From positions 9,344,761-9,408,760 of the forward strand of contig SMSO01000031.1 of the NCBI GenBank assembly GCA_004764695.1: DNA of 64,000 nt. Reading direction: 5' to 3'. The notes beneath the pieces are model-generated. The model was not told where the DNA came from. It did not search any database and saw only the letters and a program-made list of their open reading frames with translations. Below are positions 62,420 to 64,000 of this stretch, piece after piece; position 1 is the first letter of the stretch; every line of letters begins with the position of its first letter. This DNA comes from Schizochytrium sp. TIO01. Lineage: Eukaryota > Protista > Bigyra: Labyrinthulomycetes. The translations under genes and the position numbers were made by a program.

Positions 62420-63265
62420 AGCGATTGTTGCAGAATTGCACATCTGCAAATCACAATTTCGAGTGTGTTATTGTCAATAGGAGCAATAGTCTTCATTGTG
62501 CCTGTTTTTAAACTACCACTAGAAAAGACTTTGATAAAATGAACATACCTCGACCTCAACTAATAAACAGACCAAACCATTACATTATATCTTGAACTTT
62601 CCTTCCAATCTACGAGAGTCTACGTGCAGTGGGTATATCAAATATGACAATCTAGTATGTGCTGCATACTTGCTGACCTCCCATTCCTCATTTTAACTTC
62701 TTTGTACAATTTGCTACTGTGTCAGTAGGTACAACGCCTTCCATATTTTACAATAACAAAAGCAAATAATCTGGCATATTTTGGTACTAAAAAAAGAAAG
62801 AAGAAGAACAATTAAAAGACTAACCTAACGGCTATTTTGTTAAAAAAATAAAAACAAAAACAAAAAAAGTTAAATTTCAAATTTTTGTCTGTAGAGGTGT
62901 CCTCATCAGCAATATAGAAAACGAATTACATTTCTTTTGAAGGTCGAATTACAATACACAGAAGCACAATTTGGAGCTTTTCAAGGCAGATAGGCATTAT
63001 CTTCCATGGGATCGCTTCGAATTCAGTCTATTTCTGTCATACAAAATTAAAGTGGAACTAGTTCGAAGTGTGGAGGGTTAACATAACATCGATATAAAGA
63101 GGGAGATAAAAGCATAATCATAAAATGTTGGTTATCGTTTATTGATCAAGCCAACTTGCACCAGCTTTGAACTTGCCTCTCTAGCCCGTCCTATAAAGAG
63201 AAAATTGAAACAAAAACTTTTAGAAGCGATTAGAGAAGAACAAACCTCGAATCTCATGCTAAGGA

Positions 63266-64000
63266 ATGAGGTTATTCAGGGTCTCACCTTTTGATGCATC
63301 TCGCTCAAGGCAAATGTCTACGAGACGTAGACATTGCCAGGCTCAGTGGTCGCTTGTGGTTTGTGTAGTAGTCTGGGTTACCACATTCCTTAGCTTCGCA
63401 CGGGGAGAGAGTGGTTCAAACGAGACTTGTGCCGACGCACCTGCGGAAGCGTTTGAAGAACTGGGGCTGGGTATTACTTCATGTGTCGATATTGTTGATG
63501 CAGAGCTCTGCAATGCTCTAAATGGAAAGCGTTGTAGAGATGCTTTGTTCTTATTCCTGCGGCATCTGCAATCCATCTGCAGAAGAATGCATGGACGCAA
63601 ACTCAACTGTGATCGCTGAGCAACCTCGCATCAGCGATGTTGGGTCGTCATGCCAAGAGATAGCAATGGCCGGGGGTTGCTTAACTCATGCAAGTGTAGC
63701 AATGATTCTATGTCCAGAAAGCTGCGCGTCTCCAGACTGTCCTTTAGCATGCACTGATAAGGATGATTGGGTTGCTAACGTTACAGCGATCAACGGTGAC
63801 GACTGCACATCCGCAGCACTGCAAGGCGCCTGCTCAGCTTTCCCTGCGATTATGAACACTTTATGTCCAATATCTTGTGAATTTGGGTGCGGAGCTGTGG
63901 AGGAAGAAGAACCTGCGCAAATCTATTGTGTTTGCAATGGTGAAGTACTAGAGGCTGACGAAAATGGTCTCCCCCCTGAAGCTGAAGAATGCGTACCTGC
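63266..64000 (+). CDS. Third ShKT-domain paralog (at least 3 ShKT units), +1 frameshift at ~63520-63528, runs off the window
   Basis: Hydrophobic leader, then TCAD...TSCVDIVDAELCNAL. The +1 frame continues SVVEMLCSYSCGIC...SSCQEIAMAGGC...LCPESC...CTDKDD...ACSAFPAIMNTLCPISCEFGCG...YCVCNG and is open to the window end. Confidence 0.78.

Noticed and set aside
61812-62480. 222-aa + strand ORF, and the similar antisense ORFs at 3453-4091 and 58208-58615
   Set aside because: Antisense shadows of well-supported genes on the opposite strand.
63531-63537. GTTGTAG as a 7-nt micro-intron fixing the frameshift
   Set aside because: Far too short for spliceosomal splicing, and it would break the conserved C-x11-C spacing.

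Overview
Eukaryotic nuclear DNA from an intron-poor, microsatellite-rich genome. The style would fit a stramenopile protist such as a thraustochytrid/labyrinthulomycete, but that is inference only. About 13 protein genes are present: a 1482-aa GNAT-LysM2-HMG-box protein, a calponin-like protein, a SMIM8-like protein, a 795-aa unknown, APC4, a CAP-Gly/WD40 protein, a small membrane protein, a bacterial-looking thiolase, a protein carrying an isolated piggyBac-type Cys-rich zinc finger, an NTF2/SnoaL-like protein, and three paralogous ShKT-domain receptor-like genes. Two of the three ShKT genes are each split by a single +1 frameshift. The 36.2-48.9 kb region has no credible protein genes. It holds 15 near-identical co-oriented tRNA-Asn(GUU) genes with an unusual U1-A72/A73 acceptor end, interleaved with decayed, partly inverted copies of a ~400-bp repeat family that also occurs at the very start of the window. 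The best candidates for undescribed biology are the ShKT receptor cluster, the tRNA-Asn array with its repeat domain, and the GNAT-LysM-HMG chromatin-like protein. All alignments were done by eye, with no database searches.
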